A stretch of DNA of 64,000 nt from Rhodospirillales bacterium (GCA_965222795.1 OZ244972.1:3008222-3072221); one strand, 5' to 3'; shown: positions 1 to 10,190, counted from the stretch's first letter. Notes: generated from the letters alone by a model not told the origin. Numbers and translations are program-made.

Positions 1-171
1 GCCGTGGGCAGCGCTTCACCCTACCTGACGCCGATCGGCCACCAGTCCAATACGCTGGTAATGGCGCCCGGTGGCTATCGCTTCTTCGATTACGCGCGCA
101 TGGGTGTAGCCTTGGAGGTGATTATCGTTGCCGTGGCGGTGCCGATGATCCTCTGGGTTTGGATGCCCTAA
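1..171 (+). CDS. 3' end of a membrane permease (SLC13/ArsB-NhaD-type ion transporter superfamily); N-terminus lies outside the window
   Basis: Frame 1 is open from base 1 to TAA at 169-171. The hydrophobic C-terminal peptide ...PIGHQSNTLVMAPGGYRFFDYARMG...ILWVWMP resembles SLC13-type permease C-termini (from memory). Confidence 0.4.
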   Translation, partial: AVGSASPYLTPIGHQSNTLVMAPGGYRFFDYARMGVALEVIIVAVAVPMILWVWMP

Positions 172-265
172 ATTTCGCGCCGTAGTCCCTTTGATTTGGG
201 CCTGACCCGTGGCGGCGGTCTGAGTATGATCGCATCCGAACGTTTTGCTGAGGAGCGCCTACCCC

Positions 266-1399
266 GTGAAACTTTCCGAGTTATCGACGCCCGCCCTGAT
301 TTTGGATCGCCCTCGCCTGGAGCGAAACTGCGAGCGCATGGCCACGCGCATGGCGGGCCATGGTGTGAGCTTGCGACCCCATCTTAAGACCGCCAAGTCG
401 GCCGCGGTGGCGGCACGGGCGACCGCCGACCAATTCGGCGGCATTACCGTTTCGACGCTGGCGGAGGCAGGCTATTTTCTTGCCCATGGTTACAAGGACA
501 TTACCTACGCGGTGGGAATGACCGACCGCAAGTTGGGCGAGGTCGCGCGGCTACATCGCGAGGGCGCCCAATTGCGCCTTTTGACCGACAATGTTCCGAC
601 CGTTGTGGCCTTGGGCAAAGGGGCCGAAGACCTGAGCGTCGATTTGGAGCTCTTGATAGAGGTTGACACCGGCGGCCTGCGGGGCGGTGTAGCGCCGGAT
701 GACGACGAGCTGTTGGCCATTGCTCAGGCCATCGATGATAACCGTAGGCTGTTGCTAGCGGGCGTGCTGACTCATGCCGGCCATTCCTATAGCTGCCAGG
801 GTGCCCAGGCAGTAGCGGCGGTTGCCGAGCAAGAGCGAGCGGGCGTTACACGGGCTGCCGAAAGGCTGCGCCAGGCGGGATTTTCCTGCCCGACTGTCAG
901 CGCCGGTTCCACGCCGACAGCGGTGCATGCCCGCAGCCTAGAGGGGGTTACCGAGATGCGCCCCGGGGTTTATGTATTCTTCGACCTCGACCAAGTTGGG
1001 ATCGGTGCTTGCAGGCAAGATGATATCGCGCTTTCCGTCTTGGCCACGGTTATCGGCCACAATCCCCGAGCCGGCCGGATTTTGATCGATGCGGGGGCAC
1101 TCGCCTTGTCGAAGGATGTGAGCGCCCAGGCCTTCATGGATAAAGTTGGCTATGGGCGGGTGTGTGGCGCTGAAGATTTGCGGCCGATCGCGGGACTCTA
1201 TGTGGCCGAGGTACATCAGGAGCATGGGCTCCTCGCCGCTGCTACCGGGACGCCACCCTATGAACTCCTGCCGCCGGGGGCGCAGGTTCGCATCCTGCCC
1301 AACCACGCTTGCATCACGGCGGCGGCGCACGACCGGTATTTCGTGGTGGAGGAGGGCGACACGATTGTCGATGAATGGGACCGGATCAACGGGTGGTAG
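266..1399 (+). CDS. PLP-dependent D-threonine aldolase / D-serine dehydratase-like enzyme (alanine racemase N-terminal fold, DSD1 family)
   Basis: ORF 245..1399. N-terminus ...LSTPALILDRPRLERN... and HLKTAKS (PLP-lysine context) are typical of the family. GTG 266 lies 10 nt after GAGGAG (250-255); TTG 245 is an alternative start. Confidence 0.7.
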   Translation: MKLSELSTPALILDRPRLERNCERMATRMAGHGVSLRPHLKTAKSAAVAARATADQFGGITVSTLAEAGYFLAHGYKDITYAVGMTDRKLGEVARLHREGAQLRLLTDNVPTVVALGKGAEDLSVDLELLIEVDTGGLRGGVAPDDDELLAIAQAIDDNRRLLLAGVLTHAGHSYSCQGAQAVAAVAEQERAGVTRAAERLRQAGFSCPTVSAGSTPTAVHARSLEGVTEMRPGVYVFFDLDQVGIGACRQDDIALSVLATVIGHNPRAGRILIDAGALALSKDVSAQAFMDKVGYGRVCGAEDLRPIAGLYVAEVHQEHGLLAAATGTPPYELLPPGAQVRILPNHACITAAAHDRYFVVEEGDTIVDEWDRINGW

Positions 1400-1585
1400 C
1401 TGACGGGGATTAAGGTGGCAAATGTACGCAATCCCGTCTTAATGACCCTTCCTATCGTTCGCGTGCAATTCCGATAGCGACCAAGCGGCTACATTGATCC
1501 ACGGAAGTAATAATCTTAGTAGATTTCTTAGCTAAGCTGGCCTCAGTATTGTTGTTGGCCGTCTACCGAATTTGCGGAGCCTCGT

Positions 1586-2581
1586 TTGCCGCTACAGTCT
1601 GAAAACTTATCGATGCGCGCCGACGACTTGCCAGAGGACTCCGGCGTTTATGCCTTGCCATCGATCGAATCGACGGGGGGCATCGTCGACTACTTTGTGA
1701 CCGCCGATGGCACGACGTTGCGCTACGCCCTGTGGCAAATCGCCTCCCGTGTGCCGACAGGGACGATCCTCTACCTTAATGGTCGCACTGAGTTCATCGA
1801 AAAGAACCTCGAAACAGTCGAGGAACTGCTGGCGCGGGGATTCGATGTTTGGACATTAGACTGGCGTGGGCAGGGCTTGTCGACCCGACCCCTGGCAAAC
1901 CCGCAGAAAGGCCATATCGAGGACTTTTCTCAGTACATGGCGGATCTTGACGGCCTCCTCAAGGGCTGCCTTCTTGCCAGAAGGCGCGGCCCTTTGGTGC
2001 TGCTGGGCCACTCCATGGGCGGCCATTTGGCGCTGCGCGTGTTGCGCGACTATCCGGATATGTTCGAAAGCGCTGTCCTCTCGGCGCCGATGATCGACAT
2101 ATTCGGGGGCTCCGCAACCATAGCCACCGCCATCCACTGGCTCTCTTGGCTTGGCAAGCTGCCCTGGCTCGGCGAGCGCTATGTACCTTTTGGCGGCGAC
2201 TTCGACAACGAAACGCGGCTTTTCGACAACAACGACCTAACCAGCGATCGCCACCGCTTTGCCCGGACCGCGCGCTATGTCCTAGAACATCCGCCCTTGG
2301 CCTTTGGCGACCCCACCCTTGGCTGGCTGGCGGCCGCCAAGCGCTCCATCGCCTTGACCCTTGACCCCAGCTATGCCGCGTCGATCAATACGCCGGTGTT
2401 CGCCGTCCTGGCCACCGACGAGAAGATTGTCGACAACGAGAGGGCCCGACGCTATTGCCAGGACTTACTGCCAAGAGGTGAAACCTGCGTTGTCGAGGGC
2501 GCTCGCCACGAACTACTGATCGAACGTGACGAACTCCGCGAGGAATTTTGGCGGGCATTCGACGGGTTCCTCGGACGTTAG
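1586..2581 (+). CDS. alpha/beta hydrolase, lysophospholipase-like
   Basis: 331-aa ORF with a GHSMGG nucleophile elbow and lysophospholipase/monoacylglycerol-lipase-like layout. TTG start lies 7 nt after GGAG. Confidence 0.65.
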   Translation: MPLQSENLSMRADDLPEDSGVYALPSIESTGGIVDYFVTADGTTLRYALWQIASRVPTGTILYLNGRTEFIEKNLETVEELLARGFDVWTLDWRGQGLSTRPLANPQKGHIEDFSQYMADLDGLLKGCLLARRRGPLVLLGHSMGGHLALRVLRDYPDMFESAVLSAPMIDIFGGSATIATAIHWLSWLGKLPWLGERYVPFGGDFDNETRLFDNNDLTSDRHRFARTARYVLEHPPLAFGDPTLGWLAAAKRSIALTLDPSYAASINTPVFAVLATDEKIVDNERARRYCQDLLPRGETCVVEGARHELLIERDELREEFWRAFDGFLGR

Positions 2582-2598
2582 CCAGATTGGCCGCGCCT

Positions 2599-3576
2599 CT
2601 AGAAGTGCAAGACCGCGTCGAAGTAGGCACGATACTCCATAATATCCTCGCGGCTGGTGATGGGACTTTCGACGCCGGCACCAATGATCAAGTTATCGAA
2701 CGCCCGAAAACGAAATCCGCCGGCGAGTGTCACCACGGTCCCGGACTCGGTGCTGCCGAAGTTGACCAGGTCAATACCTTCGAAGTCGCCGACCGTGCGC
2801 TTGCTTTCGTCGATGGTGGTAAAGCCGTTGATCTCGACCAGGGGAAAGAAGTTCGGCAGTAGCTCATAGTCGGCATGCGCCGAATAGTGCAGCATCGAGG
2901 TATCTTTGTCGGGGTCGATCGCCAGATTGGCGCCGATGCTGGCTTGCAGCCCCAGCGGACCAAAGGCCTTGGCGCCGGTGGCGAAGATGTCGAGCAGGCC
3001 GTCACCATGGCCTTGCAGGCTAATACCGAGTGTTTCCAGGTTACCGCTCGGCGGCTCGTACTCGATGCCCAGGGTGACGATCAGGTCCTCGGCCGGGTCG
3101 GAGACGATCGCATACTTGAAGCCCAGCGAAATGTTTGCAAAGCCTGACTCGTCCTCGAGAATTTCATCGAACTCGATATCCGCATAACCATCCTTTGAGG
3201 CGATAAAGCCCAGCCGATCGGTCAAAGCGATACGGACCTCCGCGGCCACCAGATCGATGTTGCCTGCGCTCACAAAGGTGCCGGGAATCTCCTGGTGAAA
3301 GTAGATCGCTCTAAGTTCGGTGGTTATATAGGGCGTCTCATTCAGCAGCGGGTTGGCCAAGGGTGGCACATAGCGCGTATGGCCGCCCGCCTCGCCCAGC
3401 GAGCCATGGAAATCGAGAGCAAAGCCGTCTGCCATCGCCGGCAGGCTGAGGCTTGCGACCAGTGCCGCACCGCATAGGGCTCCAACAAATCTGTCTTGTG
3501 CCGAGGTTGTTCCACAAATCAAAGATCGGCCAGTACGCGCTGGCGAGCGTGTCTGAACCTGTGTAAATTTTCTCAT
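2599..3576 (-). CDS. putative outer-membrane beta-barrel protein (MetA-pathway/transporter-like)
   Basis: ATG at 3576 after GGGGA. Signal peptide ...ALVASLSLPAMA/DG, alternating beta-strand-like sequence, and a C-terminal ...FDAVLHF aromatic terminus typical of OM barrels. Confidence 0.5.
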   Translation of the reverse strand: MRKFTQVQTRSPARTGRSLICGTTSAQDRFVGALCGAALVASLSLPAMADGFALDFHGSLGEAGGHTRYVPPLANPLLNETPYITTELRAIYFHQEIPGTFVSAGNIDLVAAEVRIALTDRLGFIASKDGYADIEFDEILEDESGFANISLGFKYAIVSDPAEDLIVTLGIEYEPPSGNLETLGISLQGHGDGLLDIFATGAKAFGPLGLQASIGANLAIDPDKDTSMLHYSAHADYELLPNFFPLVEINGFTTIDESKRTVGDFEGIDLVNFGSTESGTVVTLAGGFRFRAFDNLIIGAGVESPITSREDIMEYRAYFDAVLHF

Positions 3577-3753
3577 AGACGGATCCCCGGCACTGGGCAC
3601 GGTGGTTCCTTCGCGTTCGAGAACGGCTTCTCGACCGGAACCTACTACAGCCCAGGCCCCCTCTTTGTTGCCGGCGAATTGCCCCATGCGATCGCCCTAG
3701 GCTGACAACAGCGTGCTTCTCAAAACGCTTCCATGATATGCATCAACAAGGGA

Positions 3754-4656
3754 TTAGGCTCGCTGCCAATGGGCCAAGAGCAGCCCAAGGACCACCAGCA
3801 GCAACCCGCCAAGAAACGGAAGGGACAAGCTTTCGCCGAGGAGCAGCCAGCCGAGGATGCCGGCGGTGATCGGGTTGAGGGCGAGAAAAATCGCGACCCG
3901 CGTCGGCGTGGTGTGCTGCAAGGCCCATAGCCAGAGAAAGTAGCCAAGGCCGCTCGACAGGCCGATAAAGACAATGGCCAGCCAACCACTGGGCGTGAAG
4001 ACGGGCCAAGTTGTGAAGAAACCTTCCCTGGCGGCAAGGAAAAACAAGAACAAGACCGCTGCCGCCATGGCAAGGCTGCTGACCGGTAAGGCCGCATAGC
4101 GCTTCACGTAGGGCCGGTAGAGGACCGAGCACAGGGCTCCGGTAAAGGCGCTGGCGAAGACAGCCAACTCCCCCAAGAGAGCGGCCGAGGTCCAAGTTCC
4201 ACCAGACAGCTTCTCGGCCAGCACCAAGCCGATGCCGAACATTGTCAGGATGACGCCGCCGCTCTTTGCCCAGGTAAGCGCCTCATAACCAAGCAGCGCT
4301 GCCAGCATCAGCGTCAAGAGGGGCAGGCTGGAGAAGATCAAGGCCCCCTCGGCCGCGGGAACCAGGGTCAAGCCGTAGTTCAAGAGCACGATCAAGATGC
4401 CAAACTGACCAATGCCGAGGAGACCGATCGGCAAGAGGTCTCGCCGGGCAACCCGTGGCCAGGGCTGTAGCAGGGTCACCGGCAAGAGGCACAGCAAGCC
4501 GATGGCGTAGCGCATGAAGGCTAAGGAGGCAGGCTCCGACTGGGCGATCACGAAGCGGGTGGCGACGATTCCGGCGCCGACCAGGATACCGGCCAGCGCC
4601 GATGCCACGACAGCGCGTTGGCTGAGCCTTTGCGGGTGGTCTCGATCAGTGGGCAC
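3754..4656 (-). CDS. EamA/DMT-family transporter
   Basis: 300 aa, about 10 hydrophobic segments arranged as two EamA-like halves. Confidence 0.75.
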   Translation of the reverse strand: MPTDRDHPQRLSQRAVVASALAGILVGAGIVATRFVIAQSEPASLAFMRYAIGLLCLLPVTLLQPWPRVARRDLLPIGLLGIGQFGILIVLLNYGLTLVPAAEGALIFSSLPLLTLMLAALLGYEALTWAKSGGVILTMFGIGLVLAEKLSGGTWTSAALLGELAVFASAFTGALCSVLYRPYVKRYAALPVSSLAMAAAVLFLFFLAAREGFFTTWPVFTPSGWLAIVFIGLSSGLGYFLWLWALQHTTPTRVAIFLALNPITAGILGWLLLGESLSLPFLGGLLLVVLGLLLAHWQRA

Positions 4657-4914
4657 GACGTGCCGGTTAAAACCGCGGGGTCGGGGTCGCCATCAGGAGT
4701 AAGCCATCATGTCTTTGGGGTCGATGATGGGCAACTTTGTCACACAAGCCGTAGAACGGCCAGCCCAGCGCCGCGTCCGGTCGAATGACCGCTTGCCTGG
4801 CTGTTCTCCTTGGCGACATAGTGACCGCCGTGCATTTGCGACGGGCGCAAAATCCGGTATTTCTGATGCGATGTCGATATTGCCTGGGGCGAAGACTGGT
4901 TATGAGGGGCGCGC

Positions 4915-6540
4915 ATGAACATCGCCACTTGGCTGCTTCGGTCTGCTCAAACCTATCCGGATAACCCGGCCGTTTCGCTGGGTAGCACCGCTTGGGCGAG
5001 CTATCAGCAGTTGGCGGTGCGCGTCAGCCGGCTGGCCGGGGCCTTGCGGTCCAGTTGCCGCCTCGGGCTGGGCGAGCGCGTCGCGATCGCCATGACCAAC
5101 GCGCCGGAGTTCATGGAGGTGCTGCTGGCCGCCTGGCACGCCGGGCTGGCCGCGGTGCCGGTCAATGCCAAGCTGCATGCCCGCGAGTTCGCCTACATCC
5201 TCGACGACGTGGGCGCCCGTCTCTGCGTGGTGAGCGAGGATCTGGCCGCCACCATCGCGCCCCTGGCCGAGGAGATCGAAACCCTAGAGCGGGTGATCGC
5301 CATCGGCGACAAGGCCTATGGCCGGCTGCTGACGTCGGATGCCATCGACTTGGCCGAAGTGCCGCCTGAAGCGCCCGCCTGGATCTTCTACACCAGCGGC
5401 ACCACCGGCCGGCCCAAGGGGGCGGTTCTCTCCCATCGCAATCTCATGGCCATGACCATGAACTACTTCGCCGATGTGGATCAGGTGGCGCCGGTTGACG
5501 GGATCGTTCACGCAGCACCCTTGTCGCACGGCTCCGGGCTCTACGGCCTGCCGCACCTCGCCAAGGCGGCCAAGCAGATCGTGCCGGAAAGCCGCGGCTT
5601 CGACCCGGCCGAGGTGGCGGATCTCTGCCGGACCTACAGGGGACTTACGTTCTTTTTCGCGCCGACCATGGTGGTGCGCCTGCTGGCCAGCCCGGCCCTG
5701 GCCGATTTGGGCCCGGCCCCATCGGATGCGGCCGAGGGCCCGCTGGCTGGCGATCCCTTGCCGGGCCTCAAGACCATCGTCTACGGCGGCGGGCCCATGT
5801 ATGTAAGCGACCTGGAGCGTGCCCTGGATCGCCTCGGCCCGCGTCTGGTGCAGATCTATGGCCAGGGCGAGGCGCCGATGACCATCACCGCGCTCTCCAA
5901 GGCGCTGCACGCGGAGCGCGGCCATCCCGACTATCGCCGGCGCCTGGCCTCGGTCGGCACCGCCCGCAGCGACGTGGAGCTCATGGTGGTGGACGCGGAA
6001 GGGCGTCCCTTGCCGCCCGGCGAAACCGGCGAGGTCTGCCTGCGTGGCACGGTGGTGATGGAAGGCTATTGGCGCAAGCCCGAGGCTACGGCGGCGGCGC
6101 TCAAGGAGGGTTGGCTCCACACCGGCGACCTGGGCGCCATGGACGCGGCCGGCTTCCTCACCCTCAAGGACCGGGCCAAGGATCTGGTCATCTCCGGCGG
6201 CGCCAACATCTATCCGCGCGAGGTGGAGGAGGTGCTGCTGCGCCATTCCGGCGTTGCCGAGGCCTCGGTCATCGGCTTGCCCGATGCGGACTGGGGCGAG
6301 CGGGTGGTTGCCTTCGTCGTTCCGGCCCAAGGGCGCCAGCCGCCAAGCGAGGCCGAGCTCGACCGCCTCTGCCTCGACCACATCGCCCGCTTCAAGCGGC
6401 CCAAGGCCTACCGCTTCGTCGAGTCGCTGCCCAAGAACAACTACGGCAAGGTGCTGAAGACGGCGCTGAGGCAGCGCTGGGCGGCAGCGCGGAAAGAAGA
6501 GGCGGGAAAAGAAGAGGCGGGGGATACGCCTGCGCCTTAA
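4915..6540 (+). CDS. AMP-dependent acyl-CoA synthetase/ligase
   Basis: 541 aa with the AMP-binding signature IFYTSGTTGRPKGAV and ...GWLHTGDLG..., plus a C-terminal ...KRPKAYRFVESLPKNNYGKVLK motif. Confidence 0.85.
   Translation: MNIATWLLRSAQTYPDNPAVSLGSTAWASYQQLAVRVSRLAGALRSSCRLGLGERVAIAMTNAPEFMEVLLAAWHAGLAAVPVNAKLHAREFAYILDDVGARLCVVSEDLAATIAPLAEEIETLERVIAIGDKAYGRLLTSDAIDLAEVPPEAPAWIFYTSGTTGRPKGAVLSHRNLMAMTMNYFADVDQVAPVDGIVHAAPLSHGSGLYGLPHLAKAAKQIVPESRGFDPAEVADLCRTYRGLTFFFAPTMVVRLLASPALADLGPAPSDAAEGPLAGDPLPGLKTIVYGGGPMYVSDLERALDRLGPRLVQIYGQGEAPMTITALSKALHAERGHPDYRRRLASVGTARSDVELMVVDAEGRPLPPGETGEVCLRGTVVMEGYWRKPEATAAALKEGWLHTGDLGAMDAAGFLTLKDRAKDLVISGGANIYPREVEEVLLRHSGVAEASVIGLPDADWGERVVAFVVPAQGRQPPSEAELDRLCLDHIARFKRPKAYRFVESLPKNNYGKVLKTALRQRWAAARKEEAGKEEAGDTPAP
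6491..6520 (+). repeat. 15-bp tandem duplication (14/15 identical), in frame in the acyl-CoA synthetase tail (..KEEAGKEEAG..)
   Basis: ggaaagaagaggcgg (6491-6505) is followed directly by gaaaagaagaggcgg (6506-6520). Confidence 0.9.
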
Positions 6541-6656
6541 GACGGTGCTAAGGCTCAGGGTCTAGTCTCCTCCCGGTCGCGCCCCAGGGTAGCAATCGCA
6601 CCGTAGCATGCCCGAGTGCGCGACCCCGGTTTTCTCCGATTGCGAAGGATGATCCG

Positions 6657-7331
6657 ATGATGCGCCAAAAAGGTTTTTCCAAGGGTTGGCTTACCGGCTT
6701 CCTGGCCGCGGCCCTGCTGGTGATGACGAGCCCCGGCGCGGCAACGGCCGCCGATACCGCCGGTGCGGCCCCAGGCGGCGCTGGCGAGCGGGGCGCCTCC
6801 GAGCCCCACCGGCAAGATGGGGAGCACCGGCAGGACGACACCTACAGTCAGGAAGAGATCCTCGCCAAGGCCGAAGGCTTCTTTGGCGCCACCACCGAGG
6901 GCCTGGCCAAGGCCATCCAGAAGGTTTTCGAGGACCAGGGCCGACCCAACGGCTACATCACCGGCGAGGAGGCGAGCGGCGCCATCGGCGTCGGCCTGCG
7001 CTATGGCAAGGGCCACCTCAACCGCAAGGCAGGCAATGGTGCTCCGGGCGGCCGCCCGGTCTTCTGGCAAGGGCCGTCGATCGGCTTCGACTTCGGCGGC
7101 AACGCCTCCAAGGTCTTCGTCCTGGTCTACCACCTCAATAACGTAGAGGCGCTCTTCCAGCGCTATCCCGGGGTCGACGGCAGCTTCTACTTCGTTGCCG
7201 GGGTCGGGGTAAACTACCAGCAGTCCGGCGAGGTCATCCTGGCGCCGATCCGCACTGGGGTGGGCCTGCGCGCCGGCGCTAACATCGGCTACCTGCACTA
7301 CACCAAGAAGCACTCCTGGGTGCCGCTTTGA
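6657..7331 (+). CDS. DUF1134 (EipA-like) periplasmic protein
   Basis: Signal peptide (..LLVMTSPGAATAAD) and a conserved core GYITGEEASGAIGVGLRYGKG...GPSIGFDFGGNASKVF remembered from DUF1134. RBS AAGGA lies upstream of the ATG. Confidence 0.65.
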   Translation: MMRQKGFSKGWLTGFLAAALLVMTSPGAATAADTAGAAPGGAGERGASEPHRQDGEHRQDDTYSQEEILAKAEGFFGATTEGLAKAIQKVFEDQGRPNGYITGEEASGAIGVGLRYGKGHLNRKAGNGAPGGRPVFWQGPSIGFDFGGNASKVFVLVYHLNNVEALFQRYPGVDGSFYFVAGVGVNYQQSGEVILAPIRTGVGLRAGANIGYLHYTKKHSWVPL

Positions 7332-7495
7332 GGGAGAAGGGTGGTCGAGCATCCATCTAGGAGAGGCGTCACGGCGGCAGTCGCCCTCACCTTTCACCCG
7401 CGCAGAGTTCTCATCATCTGCCCCTAGCGGCAGGTCACACCATAGGCTCCGCTGAAGGTTCCCGTCGGCGTGGGCTATCTATCACGTCGCGCGGT

Positions 7496-7918
7496 TCAGG
7501 CGATGTGTTCCCACAAGGAGGTTTCTTCGTCTAGCCTCGCTTTCTCGTCACCAAAGAAGTCGCGACGGGAGACGATGCCTAAAACACCTTCGTCATCAAC
7601 CACTGGCAAATGGCGGTAGTTGCCATCCTGCATGAGACGCAGGGCATCGATGGCCAAGGAATCCGACCTTATGGTATCGGGATTTGAGGTCATAACCTCT
7701 GCGACCAGCGTTTCTTTGGGGTCCTTGCCTTCGGCGATGATCCGATACGCCATGTCGTTTACCGTGATTATGCCTTTCAAAACATCATCTTCGATAACCA
7801 GCACGGCACCGACATCATGTTTTCGCATCAGCTGCGAGGTGGCCAAGACGGTTTCCTTCTCCCCGACAGATATGAAGGGTCTGTTGTCTATGACGTCAGG
7901 TATGATCTTTCGAAGCAT
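7496..7918 (-). CDS. CBS-domain pair protein
   Basis: 140 aa with two CBS-type motifs (..MRKHDVGAVLVIEDD..GIITVNDM.., ..NYRHLPVVDDEG.LGIVSRRD..). Confidence 0.8.
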   Translation of the reverse strand: MLRKIIPDVIDNRPFISVGEKETVLATSQLMRKHDVGAVLVIEDDVLKGIITVNDMAYRIIAEGKDPKETLVAEVMTSNPDTIRSDSLAIDALRLMQDGNYRHLPVVDDEGVLGIVSRRDFFGDEKARLDEETSLWEHIA

Positions 7919-8043
7919 CCGACTTACCCCGCATTCAAGAACGCTGCGCTAACGCGTTGCAGCATGGGATTTTCTCAGATTGTCAATTCCTACCATTGAT
8001 AAGGCGCAAGCCGCGTTGATTCATGACAAGTCAGATCCATAAT

Positions 8044-8094
8044 CCGCGGTACGATGCTTGCCGCGGTATGATGCTTGCCGCGGTATGATGCTTC
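8044..8094. repeat. 17-bp tandem repeat, 3 copies, intergenic
   Basis: ccgcggtacgatgcttg / ccgcggtatgatgcttg / ccgcggtatgatgcttc are directly adjacent. Confidence 0.9.
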
Positions 8095-8321
8095 TTCATA
8101 AGGCTTTCCTTCGCTCAAGTTCGAGATTTGCCGGATAGTTTCTTGTTGGCGGCAGGCTTTGAGGCAGGAGGGTGGCGCCGAGATGATCTCGAAGATTGAG
8201 GCGTAGGGTGGCCTGAATTTCCCGCATCGCTAGCCAAATCCCCGTTATCGGTTATGATCGGGGCCAAGGGTTCACGATCAGCCGTGGTCATGATCTGGCG
8301 AGGCCCACGGCGGGGGCGGGG

Positions 8322-10190
8322 ATGGCAACAGAGGCGGGGGATCTGGAGAAGCTGCAGCAGGCGGCGGACGAGGCGGCGAGGAACGCCCGCAACGTCTACC
8401 TGACCTTTCTGCTGGCCGGGCTCTATATCGCCATCCTGATCGGCTCCACCACCCACGAGCAGCTGCTGCGCGAATCCGGCGTCACCCTGCCGCTCCTGGG
8501 GGTGGAGCTGCCCATCGTCGTGGTCTACGCTATCGTCCCGGGCCTCTTCGCGCTGCTGCACTTCAATTTGCTGCTGCAGCTCTACCTGCTGTCGCGCAAG
8601 CTGCATCATCTGGATGGGGCGATCGCGCGCCTCAAGACCACGCCGGCAAGGCTTAGCGCCCGCGACCGGCTCTATCCCTTCCCCTTCTCGCAGATGCTGA
8701 TCGGTCGCCAGCACGGCCGGGTGATGCGCGGCCTGCTGAAGCTGATGGTCTGGCTGACGGTGCTGGTCCTGCCGGTGATCTTGCTGCTCTGGGCGCAGGT
8801 GCGGTTTCTGCCCTATCACAGCGCGGCCATCACCTGGGGGGCGCATCGGGCGGTGATCCTGGCGGACCTGGTGCTGCTGTGGGCCTTCTGGCCCAGGATC
8901 CTCGACCCCAAGGGGCGCTGGTCGGGCCTCCGCTTTATCGACTTTCTCACCGCGGAGAAAAGGCCGCCCAAGGAACAATTCCGCAAGTTGGGCGCCGTGG
9001 CCCTCACGTTTGTCGCGGGCTTTTTTTCACTCTTCATCCTGGCCATCCCCGGCGAATGGGATGAGGAAAAGTGGGGCTATAAGCCGCTGACCGATTGCAT
9101 CTTCGGCGAAAGGGGATATGACCCGAATGTCGCTTCTGTTCAAAAGGTGGCTGGGCTGTTCACACGCACTATCGATCTGCGTTGGGCCCAGCTCCAGGGG
9201 GCCAACCTAATTGAGGCGCGGCTTTATGGGGCGGATTTGTATGGAGCAAATCTTCAGGGAGCGGACCTGCGCGGGGCGCTGCTTCAGGGCGCGAACTTGG
9301 GCGAAGCCAGGCTTCAGGGTGCGGACCTGCAATCGGCACAGCTTCAGGGGGCCAACTTGTATATTGCGCATCTACAGGGAGCAAACCTGACTCGATCGCA
9401 ATTGCAGGGAGCGGGTCTGTTTGGAGCGCATCTACAGGGAGCAGATCTGAGTTGGGCTCTTCTTCAGGGCGCAGATTTGGCCACAGCACACCTGCAGGGC
9501 GCAAATATGTACAAGGTGGTTCTAAAAGGGGCAGATTTGAAGGTCGCTCAATTACAAGGGGCAAACATGGATGGGGCAGTTCTGCAAGGAGCAGATATGC
9601 GCAAAGTACAGCTGCATGGTGCAAAGGTGACACGAGCATGGCTATATCTAGCCGATTTACGCAGAGCCAGTTTCAAAGATTTGTCGGGGCGGGTTTGGGA
9701 GATGTTTCGAAATCAAGTCCGAAATGAGGTGCCGAAGGCTGCGGTGAACAGTCGGCGAAACCCGCGTGTTGAGGCGCTTGATCGCTTGAACGCTGGGGAA
9801 GCGCGAAACATTGCCGAATTGTCGGCCCATCGGCCCGACACCAAAATCATGTTTGACTGGCCTTTCGAGAAGGCTTCGCAATCCCTTGATTGGTCGCCGT
9901 TTGGTGCCGCCATCCGCCCGGCCGACGATAATTACGTCCGCGACCTTACACAGTACCTTGTCGAGAATGTCGCCTGCCGGGATAAGCACGCGGCGAAGGG
10001 CATCGCCCAGCGTGCTCTGGCGAACCCCCACTATTCCGATCAAAAGGGACTCCGACCGCTCCTCGCTACCGCCTTGCTCAAGGCTAGGGCCTCGGGCCAA
10101 TGCCCCAATATCGCCGCCCTGCCGACGATAGTTATCCGGGAACTTAGAAAGATGGCGAACGCGGCGAAGGACCAGCCCGCCGGCCAATAG
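8322..10190 (+). CDS. membrane-anchored pentapeptide-repeat protein
   Basis: 622 aa. The N-terminal ~270 aa contain several hydrophobic helices. About nt 9180-9690 encode roughly 30 consecutive A(D/N)LxG-type pentapeptides (..LQGANLIEARLYGADLYGANLQGADLRGALLQGANL..). The C-terminal ~150 aa are non-repetitive. Confidence 0.85.
   Translation: MATEAGDLEKLQQAADEAARNARNVYLTFLLAGLYIAILIGSTTHEQLLRESGVTLPLLGVELPIVVVYAIVPGLFALLHFNLLLQLYLLSRKLHHLDGAIARLKTTPARLSARDRLYPFPFSQMLIGRQHGRVMRGLLKLMVWLTVLVLPVILLLWAQVRFLPYHSAAITWGAHRAVILADLVLLWAFWPRILDPKGRWSGLRFIDFLTAEKRPPKEQFRKLGAVALTFVAGFFSLFILAIPGEWDEEKWGYKPLTDCIFGERGYDPNVASVQKVAGLFTRTIDLRWAQLQGANLIEARLYGADLYGANLQGADLRGALLQGANLGEARLQGADLQSAQLQGANLYIAHLQGANLTRSQLQGAGLFGAHLQGADLSWALLQGADLATAHLQGANMYKVVLKGADLKVAQLQGANMDGAVLQGADMRKVQLHGAKVTRAWLYLADLRRASFKDLSGRVWEMFRNQVRNEVPKAAVNSRRNPRVEALDRLNAGEARNIAELSAHRPDTKIMFDWPFEKASQSLDWSPFGAAIRPADDNYVRDLTQYLVENVACRDKHAAKGIAQRALANPHYSDQKGLRPLLATALLKARASGQCPNIAALPTIVIRELRKMANAAKDQPAGQ

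Noticed and set aside
5284-6381. 365-aa ORF antisense to the acyl-CoA synthetase. Similar long antisense or alternate-frame ORFs occur at 6555..7397(-), 8115..8978(-), 10040..10813(-), 10357..11226(+), 11217..12479(+), 12902..13687(-), 18941..20041(-) and 53023..53616(-).
   Set aside because: All lie inside genes with clear family signatures on the other strand or frame. Their translations are Arg/Gly/Pro/Ala-rich low-complexity sequence, which is typical of stop-codon-poor high-GC DNA.
9180-9690. Periodic DNA repeats that could be mistaken for a CRISPR or satellite array.
   Set aside because: The periodicity is 15 nt, it lies inside one long ORF, and it encodes canonical pentapeptide repeats. 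There are no spacer-repeat architecture and no cas genes.
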